This document shows positions 42,595 to 51,141 of a stretch of 54,151 bases of DNA, one piece after another; the first letter of the stretch is position 1, and each line of letters starts with the position of its first letter. A program made the translations under genes and the position numbers. This DNA is from a virus. Taxonomy: Duplodnaviria > Caudoviricetes. Below the pieces are notes generated by a model, which worked only from the letters and a program-made list of their open reading frames with translations, did no database searches and was not told where the DNA came from. The stretch is taken from positions 1 through 54,151 of the IMG/VR virus record IMGVR_UViG_3300044960_000107; one strand, given 5' to 3'.

Positions 42595-42851
42595 CCGAGC
42601 ACCGCCCAGGTGACGCAGGCGGCGGCTGCACCCAACAGAAGGACGACGGCGGCTATCGCGAGGATCGGCGGCGCGCACTGCTCGTACTCCTTTCCGGGGT
42701 CATCCCAGGTCGGCTCGAGAGTCATGACGGGCTCCGGTCGCTCGTCGATCTCGTTCCTGCGGGCGAGCTCGGAAGCGATCGCCCAGAGCGCCTTGAGCCG
42801 GGGCTCTGCTGCCTGCCGGGACCGCTCGCGGTACTGCTCTGACCTCGTCAT
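42591..42851 (-). CDS. C-terminally anchored membrane protein
   Basis: One TM helix. Confidence 0.65.
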   Translation of the reverse strand: MTRSEQYRERSRQAAEPRLKALWAIASELARRNEIDERPEPVMTLEPTWDDPGKEYEQCAPPILAIAAVVLLLGAAAACVTWAVLG

Positions 42852-43048
42852 GCGACCTCCAGTGCGGCCTCGATCTTCTGGAGCTCATCCGACTTCGGCC
42901 GCTTGATCGGGTAGAGCTCGCGCCACTTCGGGCCGCAGAGGCGCCGATGGCGCTCGATCTGACCGGCATATAGGCCGGCGGCGCCGCAGTAGGCACAGCC
43001 GGCCCGCCCATCGCGGTAGGGGCCCTCGATCCCGTCCTGGTCAGGCAC
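42848..43048 (-). CDS. small zinc-finger protein
   Basis: CAYC...HRRLC. Confidence 0.55.
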   Translation of the reverse strand: MPDQDGIEGPYRDGRAGCAYCGAAGLYAGQIERHRRLCGPKWRELYPIKRPKSDELQKIEAALEVA

Positions 43049-43223
43049 GGTCCTCATTCCTCTCGACGAACTTGGTGGCACCGCGCTGGGTTGCGTAGAT
43101 GCCGCGAACGCGGGGCCCCCTGTCGGTGTGCTCGATGACTGCCCATCTGCCGCGAGGGCGCCAATCGGTGCCATCCACGACCGCGTTCCAGTCGCGGAGC
43201 TCCCAGACTGAGAAGCGCCTCAC
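43041..43223 (-). CDS. hypothetical protein
   Basis: 60 aa; GAGG SD. Confidence 0.6.
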   Translation of the reverse strand: MRRFSVWELRDWNAVVDGTDWRPRGRWAVIEHTDRGPRVRGIYATQRGATKFVERNEDRA

Positions 43224-43253
43224 GGCTTCGACCTCTCGACCCTCGCTGCATCC

Positions 43254-43730
43254 TTAGAAGGGGATGTCGTCGTCTTCGGGCGGCTTCGTGCCGAAGACCT
43301 GATCGAAGCTCGGCTGAGCGCCGACGTCGGGGGCCATTGTCGTCTCAGTTGCGGGAGTAGGCTGCTGCTGTGCCTGCTGCTGCTGCCCGTCGCCGTTGCG
43401 TGCGGGAAGGAAGTGGACCTGATCGGCGACGATGCGCACCTTCGAGCGATTATCGCCACTCTGCGTCTGCCAGCGATCCTGTCGCAGCCGTCCATCTACG
43501 ATCACGCCGCGGCCCTTGCTGAGATATTCGGCGCAGTTCTCGGCGCGCCGCCCGAAGACGGTGACGTCGAAGAAGTCGGGGCGGTCCTCCCACTCGCCGG
43601 TGTCACGGTTCTTCTCGCGACCGTTGACGGCGATGGAGAGCTCGGCGATCGCCATGTCGCCGCTCGGGGTGTACTTGATCTCCGGGTCCCTGGTCAGGTT
43701 GCCGCTGATGACGACCCTGTTGCAGTTCAC
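43254..43730 (-). CDS. ssb: single-stranded DNA-binding protein
   Basis: NRVVISGNLTRDPE, YLSKG, DDDIPF tail. Confidence 0.95.
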   Translation of the reverse strand: MNCNRVVISGNLTRDPEIKYTPSGDMAIAELSIAVNGREKNRDTGEWEDRPDFFDVTVFGRRAENCAEYLSKGRGVIVDGRLRQDRWQTQSGDNRSKVRIVADQVHFLPARNGDGQQQQAQQQPTPATETTMAPDVGAQPSFDQVFGTKPPEDDDIPF

Positions 43731-43741
43731 GTTGCCTCCTC

Positions 43742-43972
43742 TCAGACGGCGCGCAGAGGCGTCGTCGACTTGCTGGTCTGCGGTCCCTGGCGGTGCTCGT
43801 CGAGCCATGCCTCGATCTCGGATCGCTTGAAGCGGATGGGCGAGCTGGCGCCGGCGCCGAGCTTGTAGCCCGGGAGGTTGCCGGCCTGCCAGTGCTTGAG
43901 CACCCAAGACATCGACATTCCGAGGAGGTCAGCGACCTCTCGCGTAGTGAGCAGCTCGTCCTGCCCGCTCAT
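43742..43972 (-). CDS. AlpA/excisionase-like HTH protein
   Basis: LLTTREVADLLG...LPGYKLG...RFKRSEIEAWL. Confidence 0.85.
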   Translation of the reverse strand: MSGQDELLTTREVADLLGMSMSWVLKHWQAGNLPGYKLGAGASSPIRFKRSEIEAWLDEHRQGPQTSKSTTPLRAV

Positions 43973-44160
43973 GCAGCCTCCCGTAGTCCCTGATGCTCGC
44001 GCTGGTGTCGACGCTGCTCGCGCTTCACCTTCTCGCGAGCTCGAGCCTGACGGCAAGAGCGCTCCCATTCCATGCGGTCGCGAAACTGCGTCAGGTCGAG
44101 CCCGCGCTTCTTGGCGGCCTCGACGACGGCTGAGACGTGATCGCGCTTGCGCCGCTTCAC
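43969..44160 (-). CDS. small basic hypothetical protein
   Basis: 63 aa; coupled overlaps. Confidence 0.6.
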   Translation of the reverse strand: MKRRKRDHVSAVVEAAKKRGLDLTQFRDRMEWERSCRQARAREKVKREQRRHQREHQGLREAA

Positions 44161-45293
44161 GAGCCGGCCTCAGCGATCGCCTTGAGTACTGCGTTGACCT
44201 TCGCCTTGGGCACGTGCTCGACGACCTCGACGCTGGCATGGGACTGGAGAACAGCCGTGAGCGAGTCCTCATCAAGACCCGCCGCCTCGGCTCGAGCTCG
44301 AATCATGCGCACCTGTCCTGGGGCGGCAAGGGGCTCATCAGAGCCGCCGGCACCGGAGGGCTCGGGACTGCCCTCGGGAGTCGCCGATGTCGCCTCCGGT
44401 GCCGCGTCGTCCGGCTCTATCGGAGTCGGATCGGGCTCGAAGCCACTGGCTCCGATGTCAGGGGTGCGACCGCGGCGACCGACCTGTTCGACGCTCTGAG
44501 CCTGGGATAGACCCTCGGCCACTCCGACTCCACTCCCCTCGGGGACGGGCACGTAGCCCGACGTACTCGGCCCTGCCGGGAGCCCGCCGGGGGCTGCGCC
44601 CTGGCCTAGGGCCAGGATGTCGCCGAAGCCTGCGTCGATGTCGATGACCGGTACGGGGAAGTTCGTCTTCTCGCCGTTGCGCCACGCGCTGCGATGGTCG
44701 ATGCGAAGCCGTGCCTGCATGAGCGCGCCGCGCGCCGTGACAAGCTCGAGGAGCGAGGCTGCGCCAGCAAGCTCGATCGCGGCGTAGTAGGACTGCGTCT
44801 CGAGACGCCAGACGCCCATCCCGGGAACGTCCGGCAGGATCACGGAGAGGCGGGTGAACATGTCGCATGCTTCGCCTTCCTTGGCCTTCTCGCGTCGCTC
44901 GTCGTGGTCCTGGGGACAAGAGCAGGCGCGATCGTTCTTCACGTCCCACTTCCCGTCGCAGCGGCGCAGGCACTCGACGGCCTTGCCACGGGCGGTCTGC
45001 CCCCAAAGCTCGTACCACTGCGAGAGGTTCTGTCCGGGCATGAGCACGATCGGGAGCTGGTCGGTGGCCGTGATGACCTCCCACTCGCCATCGCGCCAGG
45101 GCTTCGGCTCGCCACCGAAGACCGTAGCGGCAGCCTCGATCTTCTTCTGGTCGCGCGAGGTGAGTCGCCACGTGTCAAGGCGGACGGGGATCGTGATGTT
45201 CTTGCCGGACCTCGTCGTGTGCGGCTTGGTCGTGCCCATGCGGATGCGGCCGACCTCGACGAGCTGGCGCTGAATGTCGATGATCGGGCTCAC
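44157..45293 (-). CDS. phiC31 Gp3-like recombination protein (RDF-like family)
   Basis: PIIDIQRQLVEVGRIRMG, WRLTS, RRCDG, TRLSVIL, GVWRLET. Confidence 0.8.
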   Translation of the reverse strand: MSPIIDIQRQLVEVGRIRMGTTKPHTTRSGKNITIPVRLDTWRLTSRDQKKIEAAATVFGGEPKPWRDGEWEVITATDQLPIVLMPGQNLSQWYELWGQTARGKAVECLRRCDGKWDVKNDRACSCPQDHDERREKAKEGEACDMFTRLSVILPDVPGMGVWRLETQSYYAAIELAGAASLLELVTARGALMQARLRIDHRSAWRNGEKTNFPVPVIDIDAGFGDILALGQGAAPGGLPAGPSTSGYVPVPEGSGVGVAEGLSQAQSVEQVGRRGRTPDIGASGFEPDPTPIEPDDAAPEATSATPEGSPEPSGAGGSDEPLAAPGQVRMIRARAEAAGLDEDSLTAVLQSHASVEVVEHVPKAKVNAVLKAIAEAGS

Positions 45294-45598
45294 GCGGCTT
45301 CCTCCCCCTCGGCGCTCTCGAGCCCGTTCGCGAGCCGTCCCTGGGTGAAGCGCAGGCGCTCGGTGTGATACTCCACGGCCACCTTGGGGGTGACTCGAGT
45401 CGGGTTGAGCGACGAGAGCGGGATCGGGATGAAGACTGTCGCTGGCATCTGACCTGGATCGTCGAGCTCCGTTGCAAGCAGGGAGGCAGCGAGGCGGGCT
45501 GCTTCATCGGGGTCCTTGGCCTCGAATGAGCCGACGAGGAATAGGTCCTCGAGCTCTCGGCTGCCGGTGATGGTGCGATAGACGGCGTACTGGATCAT
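45290..45598 (-). CDS. hypothetical protein
   Basis: MIQYAVYRTI... Confidence 0.65.
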   Translation of the reverse strand: MIQYAVYRTITGSRELEDLFLVGSFEAKDPDEAARLAASLLATELDDPGQMPATVFIPIPLSSLNPTRVTPKVAVEYHTERLRFTQGRLANGLESAEGEEAA

Positions 45599-45897
45599 TC
45601 GTCTTCCTCCTCGAGGGCTGCCAACGCCATGCAGCCGTGGCGGATGAACTCGCGCAGGACGGTGTGGAGCACCGTGATGAAGCACTCGCAGACTTCGAGT
45701 AGCTCCTCGGCGTTGTCGATGCTGATGACCTGACAGAGGCGGGCCTGCGTCGGGTCCTCGGGGTTCTGTGCGATCAGGACGAAGCTCCCGTCGCACGCCT
45801 TGAGCGTCTTCATCGCGTCGGCCTTGATCTGGTCGTGTAGCGCGACTCGGCCGGGACCAGTGACGGTCTGATGGCTCTCGTAATCGGGCATGCTCAT
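45595..45897 (-). CDS. hypothetical protein
   Basis: 100 aa; ATGA overlaps. Confidence 0.65.
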   Translation of the reverse strand: MSMPDYESHQTVTGPGRVALHDQIKADAMKTLKACDGSFVLIAQNPEDPTQARLCQVISIDNAEELLEVCECFITVLHTVLREFIRHGCMALAALEEEDE

Positions 45898-46700
45898 GCG
45901 GCCTTCCTCGTGGGCTCGGTGATGTCAGGGCGAAGAACCTGCTTTGAGGTCGTCGAAGTCCAGCGAGCGACCTCGCGCACGGCGAGAAACGAGCGCCAGA
46001 CCGTCTCGTCGGTGACGACCGGGACGAGCCGGTAGTCGGCGGGAGAGATCATCAGAGCGAGCGCGCCCTCCGTCTCGGGCATTGGCTCGTGGCGGTCGCC
46101 TTCGACCCAGACGTAGTAGCGCCGGCTCTTGTCGGAGAAACGCTCGGGCATGACGCCTACCCATTCGGCGCGTCGGTAGGCGACGAGCTGGAGCGCGACG
46201 TCGGGCCAGGGCGGTCGGGCGCCGTCGTGATCTGGGAGCTTGTCCGTGGTCTTGATGTCGAGGACGCAACGCAGCCCGTCGAGCCGAACGACCCCGTCGA
46301 GCGTGCCGGCGTAGGACCAGGTGAGGTTGTAGACCGGCGCCTCGGCCATCAGGAACTCGGGCGCGTGATCCTCGAGAAAGCGCGCATACTGCTCGGCGTA
46401 GGGCTTCGTCGCCTCGGGCACCTCGACCACCTGCCCGAGGTTCCACGCCTCGGCGATGCGGTGGAGCGCGCTGCCCCGTATCTGGGCTTCCTTCGTCTTC
46501 CTGAATCGCTGCTGGGCGAGCCACTTGACCGCCTCGTCGGGCTCCATCTGTTCCCAGACGTTGCGTCGCTCGAGTGCTGCCTCCGCGGTGACTCGCGCGG
46601 CCCAGGCGGTGAGGGCGTCCTTGGGGAGCCCTTCCTTGAGGATCGTGGTAACGCTCCAGAACCGCTGCTGCGGCGAGATCGTCGGCGCAACGATGGTCAT
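45894..46700 (-). CDS. PD-(D/E)XK exonuclease (RecE/Cas4-like)
   Basis: SVTTIL, RGSALH, YAGTLD, DIKT, QLVAY. Confidence 0.88.
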   Translation of the reverse strand: MTIVAPTISPQQRFWSVTTILKEGLPKDALTAWAARVTAEAALERRNVWEQMEPDEAVKWLAQQRFRKTKEAQIRGSALHRIAEAWNLGQVVEVPEATKPYAEQYARFLEDHAPEFLMAEAPVYNLTWSYAGTLDGVVRLDGLRCVLDIKTTDKLPDHDGARPPWPDVALQLVAYRRAEWVGVMPERFSDKSRRYYVWVEGDRHEPMPETEGALALMISPADYRLVPVVTDETVWRSFLAVREVARWTSTTSKQVLRPDITEPTRKAA

Positions 46701-47107
46701 CGACTCACCTCCATCACGTAGACGCGAACGCACTCGTGGCCGAACAGCGAGCGGGGCCTGGTCACCCAGAGCCCGATGTGTCTCCACTCGCCGAGCAGGT
46801 TGCGCCGATGTCCAGGGGAGTTGAGCCAACGGTCGACGATCTGCTGCGGCGTCAGGTAGTTGCTCCAGGCGAGGTTCTCGCCCTGCGCGATCGGCCCGAC
46901 GTCGTGCGCGAAGCGTTCGGCACGAAGGATCGCGTGCGCCTTGGCCTTGGCGATCTGTCGGAGCTTGCGGCTCGAGCTCAGCGCTGGGAGCCCGTGCTCG
47001 GCGCGGACGCGGTTGATCTCTGCCTGGAGGGTCTGCGCGAGCGTCTGCTTTGAGCCGACGTTCAGGAGCGCAAGTGCGGCGCTCGCGACAAGGACCGCAG
47101 CCTTCAA
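46697..47107 (-). CDS. secreted CAP/SCP domain protein
   Basis: Signal peptide; INRVRAEHGLPAL, GENLA, WLNSPGHRRNLL. Confidence 0.88.
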   Translation of the reverse strand: MKAAVLVASAALALLNVGSKQTLAQTLQAEINRVRAEHGLPALSSSRKLRQIAKAKAHAILRAERFAHDVGPIAQGENLAWSNYLTPQQIVDRWLNSPGHRRNLLGEWRHIGLWVTRPRSLFGHECVRVYVMEVSR

Positions 47108-47265
47108 GCTGCGTGCCTCTTGTCGAGGCGCTCGCTCTCCAGCTCGTACAGACGCCGCGCGATGCGATCTGCGTCAGCGGCGGCCCTGCACAGCCCGAGC
47201 ACGAAGACCAGGAGCAGGAGCAGCGAGGTCCCGATGCCGAGCGCGAGGGTTATCCACAGTGGCAT
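47104..47265 (-). CDS. small membrane protein
   Basis: TM helix then LCRAAADAD. Confidence 0.65.
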   Translation of the reverse strand: MPLWITLALGIGTSLLLLLVFVLGLCRAAADADRIARRLYELESERLDKRHAA

Positions 47266-47309
47266 GTTTGTTTTACCCCCAGGTGGTGTAAAGTGACGCT
47301 CTAAGTGGC

Positions 47310-47338
47310 AATCTAGCGCACGTGACATGATTCGCCAA
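47310..47338 (-). promoter_or_regulatory. putative early leftward promoter
   Basis: TTGGCG-17-TAGATT, divergent from XRE gene; nearby GTGAC/GTCAC repeats. Confidence 0.55.
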
Positions 47339-47393
47339 GCGCACTGTCACCAGGCGATCCCCCGGAAAGCGTGCGTGAGAGAGGAGAGGAGAA

Positions 47394-47753
47394 GTGACAC
47401 CAGCAGATGTCACTAGCGATCCGCACGAGCTTGATGCAGAATCGGACTCCATGCCTGAGCCTTCGTCTCAGCGGTTCACGCCTGGTCGCGTGATCCGCGA
47501 TGCCCGACGTCGGGCCGGGCTATCTCAGGAGGAGCTCGCCGAGCGCGTCGGTGCCACGCGGCGGCAGGTCATCAGATGGGAAGGGGATCAGAACGCCCCG
47601 AGCGAGGAGTACCGGCGGCGACTTGAGGACCGCATGCACGCTCTGGAGGCACGATCGCTCGACCTCGAGAAGGTCATGCTCTCGCACCTCCAGGAAGTCG
47701 AGGCGAGACTCAATGACGTGCTCGAGCGTCTATCGAATCCAGAAGATCGCTGA
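47394..47753 (+). CDS. XRE-family HTH regulator (repressor-like)
   Basis: IRDARRRAGLSQEELAERVGATRRQVIRWEG; divergent orientation. Confidence 0.88.
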   Translation: MTPADVTSDPHELDAESDSMPEPSSQRFTPGRVIRDARRRAGLSQEELAERVGATRRQVIRWEGDQNAPSEEYRRRLEDRMHALEARSLDLEKVMLSHLQEVEARLNDVLERLSNPEDR

Positions 47754-47952
47754 TTCTCGCCGAGCAACTCACGAGCGATGATTCGATTGAGCTGAGGCGA
47801 TCTTCGACGGAGAGCGCCGCCTCCTCGAGGCGGTCCCAGAAGTAATCGGCTGACTCTCCGCTCGCTGCGCCGACCTCATTGAGAACGCTCCCCTGCTGGT
47901 GCAACCCTCCCAACTCCTTTCCCTCGCCACAGGTTTTCGTTGCCCCGCCCAT
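47710..47952 (-). CDS. possible hypothetical protein
   Basis: Helical-looking C-terminal half; start unclear; overlaps XRE 3' end. Confidence 0.3.
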   Translation of the reverse strand: MGGATKTCGEGKELGGLHQQGSVLNEVGAASGESADYFWDRLEEAALSVEDRLSSIESSLVSCSARISDLLDSIDARARH

Positions 47953-48035
47953 GTTGGGCAGCCCCCTTTATAAGCCGAAAAGATACCTGCGTCGCGCGGC
48001 AATCGGTAGGTCCCCGCGCAGGTTGGGGTGCGCGA

Positions 48036-49337
48036 TTAGGCCGCCGTGCTAGCGGTGTAGATGCGGGGTCGCTCGCGCTTCGGTGGGGCGAGGTAGATGG
48101 GCAGGTTCTCAGTGATTCCGTACTTCGCCGAGACGAACAGGAGCCGCTGCTGAGGAGTTGACGCGGCGCCGAGATTGCGGGCGAGGTTGTTGGCTCCCAC
48201 CCAGTCGCCGGAGACGATGAACTCGCCCCCGGAGCCGTTTGGGATCGAGGCCGGCTGGTGGTGGTGGCCCATCAGACAGTAGTCGTAGACCTCGCCGGTG
48301 AGGCGCATTGCGCGGCCGTCATAGCGGGTCATGCCGTAGAACGGCAGGCCGCCCCAGCCCTTGATCTCGTCACCGTGGATGAGCAGGAATAGGCGCTTCG
48401 CGGTCTCGAACAAGAGCGCGCCGCCGGGCTCGATGCCCCATACGTCGATCGGCTCCTCGCGGAGCCTGTCCTTCAGCCACTCGGTGCAGAGCCAGTCCCA
48501 GCTCATCGTGCTGGGAGTTGCGCCAGAGCGCTTGCCGCCGACCTTCCCGTGGTTGCCGGGGACAGCGACGATCATGATGCGACGGGTGCCGATCTCCTCC
48601 TTCAGGAATCCGATCAGGGTGGAGATGGCGCCGGCGAGCTTCTCCTTCAACTCGACGACCTGGCGGGCCGGGTCGAGCTCGAGCTGCCAGGGCTGGCCGG
48701 CGAAGATGTCGGAGCCCTCGACCAGGTCCCCCCCGAGTGGCAGCACAAACTCGTCGATGGTGTGACTGGCTGCGTAGTCTCTGATCGAGCCGGTGACCGC
48801 CTCGAGCCAGCGAGAGAGCCGCTGGTCGAAGACCGCGGTATTGAAGTCCCCGACGTTGAGAGGGGTGTCACTTGGAGCGACGAGCTGGCCGTACTGGATG
48901 TCAAAGATCGGGGCGATCGCGGAACGCTTGTGCTTCGTCTGGTTCGCTCGCGCGACCGTGTACTTGGGCACGTCAACGGGGACTCGGCCGGCTTCGATGA
49001 TGCGCTCGATGACCGCCTCACGAGCGGCGAGCTCGGTGTGCAGGCGTTCGACCTCGCGCCGCAGGTGGGCGAGTTCGGCCTTCTGCTGCTGCTCGCGCAG
49101 CCGGGCTGGATCGAGGATGTCGCGCTCGTCGAGCTTGTCTTCGCGAAGCGGGGGAAGCTCGAGCTTGCGCCACCACTTCGTCAGAGTGGATGGATCGAGA
49201 CCGTGTGCGATCGCCGCCTTCTGGCAGGAGCCGTGTTTCTCGACCTCCGCGCGCAGGTGCTCCGCATCACGCCACCATCCGTCGGGGAGCACGGGTGGTC
49301 CCTGGGGACCACTCTGGTCCGCGCTGACGCGCTTCAC
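48036..49337 (-). CDS. calcineurin-like metallophosphoesterase with N-terminal HTH and coiled coil
   Basis: DIQYG, GGDLVEG, GNHG, HGD, GHHH. Confidence 0.85.
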   Translation of the reverse strand: MKRVSADQSGPQGPPVLPDGWWRDAEHLRAEVEKHGSCQKAAIAHGLDPSTLTKWWRKLELPPLREDKLDERDILDPARLREQQQKAELAHLRREVERLHTELAAREAVIERIIEAGRVPVDVPKYTVARANQTKHKRSAIAPIFDIQYGQLVAPSDTPLNVGDFNTAVFDQRLSRWLEAVTGSIRDYAASHTIDEFVLPLGGDLVEGSDIFAGQPWQLELDPARQVVELKEKLAGAISTLIGFLKEEIGTRRIMIVAVPGNHGKVGGKRSGATPSTMSWDWLCTEWLKDRLREEPIDVWGIEPGGALLFETAKRLFLLIHGDEIKGWGGLPFYGMTRYDGRAMRLTGEVYDYCLMGHHHQPASIPNGSGGEFIVSGDWVGANNLARNLGAASTPQQRLLFVSAKYGITENLPIYLAPPKRERPRIYTASTAA

Positions 49338-49537
49338 TGCGACCCGCTGCCGCCGTTGCCGTTGCGGACAGCGATGAGCGCGATCATCGCGGTGACGATG
49401 CCCGCGAGCGTCGTCTGAAACGCGGTCGCAGCGGACGTGTCGCCTTTGTCGACCGAGACGAGGTAAGTCACGGCGACGATCAGGACAGACGCGATCGCGG
49501 CGAGCGCTCCGATCAGGGCTGCACTGGGCTTCGGCAG
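49334..49537 (-). CDS. two-TM membrane protein with probable CTG start (lysis-associated)
   Basis: TAAGGAGG-taccc-CTG; PKPSAALIGALAAIASVLIVAVTYL...; stop overlaps next GTG; not in ORF track. Confidence 0.65.
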   Translation of the reverse strand: MPKPSAALIGALAAIASVLIVAVTYLVSVDKGDTSAATAFQTTLAGIVTAMIALIAVRNGNGGSGSQ

Positions 49538-49547
49538 GGGTACCTCC

Positions 49548-49883
49548 TTAGAAGACGAGCACGACGATCAGCGCGACGGTGGCGCCGACCGCCCATCCGA
49601 ACAGCCCGCCCATGAGGGCGTAGAGCCGGCTGGTCGCGACCGGTGGCGTCTTGGGGTCGTCATCGTGGTCTCGGAACAGAAGTTCGCCGAGCCATTTCGA
49701 CCGGGCTGCGCGGACCCCTAGATCGTGTGCGGCGAGTAGCGTCGCGATTGTGATGACGACCTCCCGGACACCCTCCTTGGCCTCGTCGGTCAGGGGGATG
49801 AACTGGGAGACGACGCCGGCGATTCCGAAGGCGATGGAACCCCAGGTGGCGGGCGTGATCGCTGGTGTCTTGGGCTTGCTCAC
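49548..49883 (-). CDS. holin-like membrane protein
   Basis: Three hydrophobic segments; downstream of endolysin. Confidence 0.65.
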   Translation of the reverse strand: MSKPKTPAITPATWGSIAFGIAGVVSQFIPLTDEAKEGVREVVITIATLLAAHDLGVRAARSKWLGELLFRDHDDDPKTPPVATSRLYALMGGLFGWAVGATVALIVVLVF

Positions 49884-49904
49884 TGCCTTGCCAGTCGGCG
49901 CCGT

Positions 49905-50279
49905 CTAGTGACTGACGTCACCGTTGCGGAGCTTGATGTCCCAGGCCAGCGCGAGCTTCTCGAGCACTCTGATCTGGCGATCTGCGCGCGCGGCGGCTCG
50001 CTGTTCGTGCTTCTCTAGGGCATCGACGACCCGGGAGCCGTTCTCGGCGACGAGGTCGATGACTCTGGTTAGGTCGGTGCGGTTGTGGAGCGAGTGCATC
50101 TCGAGGCGCACGCGCTCGAGCTCTCTTCGGAGGCGCTCATTGTCGTTCTGGTACTCGTCGCGTTCTTCCTTGAGGTTGCGACGCATGCGGTCGCGCCAGC
50201 CGGTGACGGCAATCAGGACGGTTGAGAGCGCGACCGCGGCGAGCAGGGCTTCGTAGAGACTGACAGCCGCGAGCAGCAT
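49905..50279 (-). CDS. membrane-anchored coiled-coil protein (lysis cassette)
   Basis: N-terminal TM helix then coiled coil. Confidence 0.7.
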   Translation of the reverse strand: MLLAAVSLYEALLAAVALSTVLIAVTGWRDRMRRNLKEERDEYQNDNERLRRELERVRLEMHSLHNRTDLTRVIDLVAENGSRVVDALEKHEQRAAARADRQIRVLEKLALAWDIKLRNGDVSH

Positions 50280-50281
50280 TT

Positions 50282-51073
50282 TCACTGGGTCACGCGAGCA
50301 AAGACCTCTACCTGCCGAACGCTGCGCTCGCGGCGCATGACCTGGCCGCCGTCGCTGTCGTTGCCGACAGCGGTGTTGCCCTCGATCGCGTAGAAGGTCT
50401 GCCCTGGGACCTTCCAGCGCTCGAACAGCCCAACATGATCGGCTACGCCGCCGTCCCAGTCGTACATGACGAGGTTGCCCGGGCGCACGCCGGCCGTCGA
50501 GGCGAGCACGAGCCCGTTGCGTCCGGCGCGGGCGTCGGCGACACCGTAGGGGACGTAACGGTGGCGCGACTGGCGCGGGTCGAGGGCGGTTGAGCCCTCG
50601 AGGTTGTAGCACCAGGTGACGAAGGCGAAGCACCAGGGGAAGCGGACGACCGTTCCCCATTCGAGCTTGCCCCACCACTCGATGTACTTGACGAGGTTCG
50701 AGCCGGGCGGGTTCTCCTTGACGCCGAGCTGGGTGATCGCCCGGGCGAGCGCGCGTTCGGCGAGCGGCCTCGACCTCGACTCCTTCTGCCGCTTGCGCCG
50801 CCGCTGCTGCTGCGCCGGCGACAGCTTCGCGTCACCGGTGAGCAGCTTGTGCAGGTCGGCCCCGTAGGCCTGGTTGAGGTTCTCGTCGGTGTAGCCGCAC
50901 CAGTACTTCGCGCGGTAGCAGGCTTGGGCGGTCAGCTCCCCGTACTCGCCGTCGATCTTGCCGTCGTAGAAGTCGCCGAAGCGGCTGTTGGCGAGCGCGC
51001 GCTGGGCTTCCTTGACGAGCTCGCCCTTCATCGGCGGGCTCGAGAGCATGAGGGGGAACTCGATCTTGGGCAT
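50282..51073 (-). CDS. endolysin: peptidoglycan-binding domain plus CHAP domain
   Basis: GELVKEAQRAL...IDGEYGELT; PWCFAFV, DHVGLF, IEGNT. Confidence 0.9.
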   Translation of the reverse strand: MPKIEFPLMLSSPPMKGELVKEAQRALANSRFGDFYDGKIDGEYGELTAQACYRAKYWCGYTDENLNQAYGADLHKLLTGDAKLSPAQQQRRRKRQKESRSRPLAERALARAITQLGVKENPPGSNLVKYIEWWGKLEWGTVVRFPWCFAFVTWCYNLEGSTALDPRQSRHRYVPYGVADARAGRNGLVLASTAGVRPGNLVMYDWDGGVADHVGLFERWKVPGQTFYAIEGNTAVGNDSDGGQVMRRERSVRQVEVFARVTQ

Positions 51074-51099
51074 CACCGCGTCTATCGGGAGCCATGTCC

Positions 51100-51141
51100 C
51101 ATAGGCGCTCAAAGCGGTGCTTTGCGGTCTGAGCGCCTATG
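51100..51141. repeat. 42-bp dyad site, copy 8 (perfect arms)
   Basis: CATAGGCGCTC-N20-GAGCGCCTATG; includes stop codon of 51137..51985. Confidence 0.9.

Noticed and set aside
45894-46700. Cas4 as sign of a CRISPR system
   Set aside because: Ordinary phage exonuclease in a recombination module; no array
47753-48035. Possible attP or ncRNA (ACCTGCG...CGCAGGT inverted repeat)
   Set aside because: Short repeat only; no tRNA-like core or integrase
6017-51141. Dyads as a CRISPR/TIGR-type array or integron attC sites
   Set aside because: Dispersed rather than tandem; no cas, integrase or recognisable effector gene; no attC core
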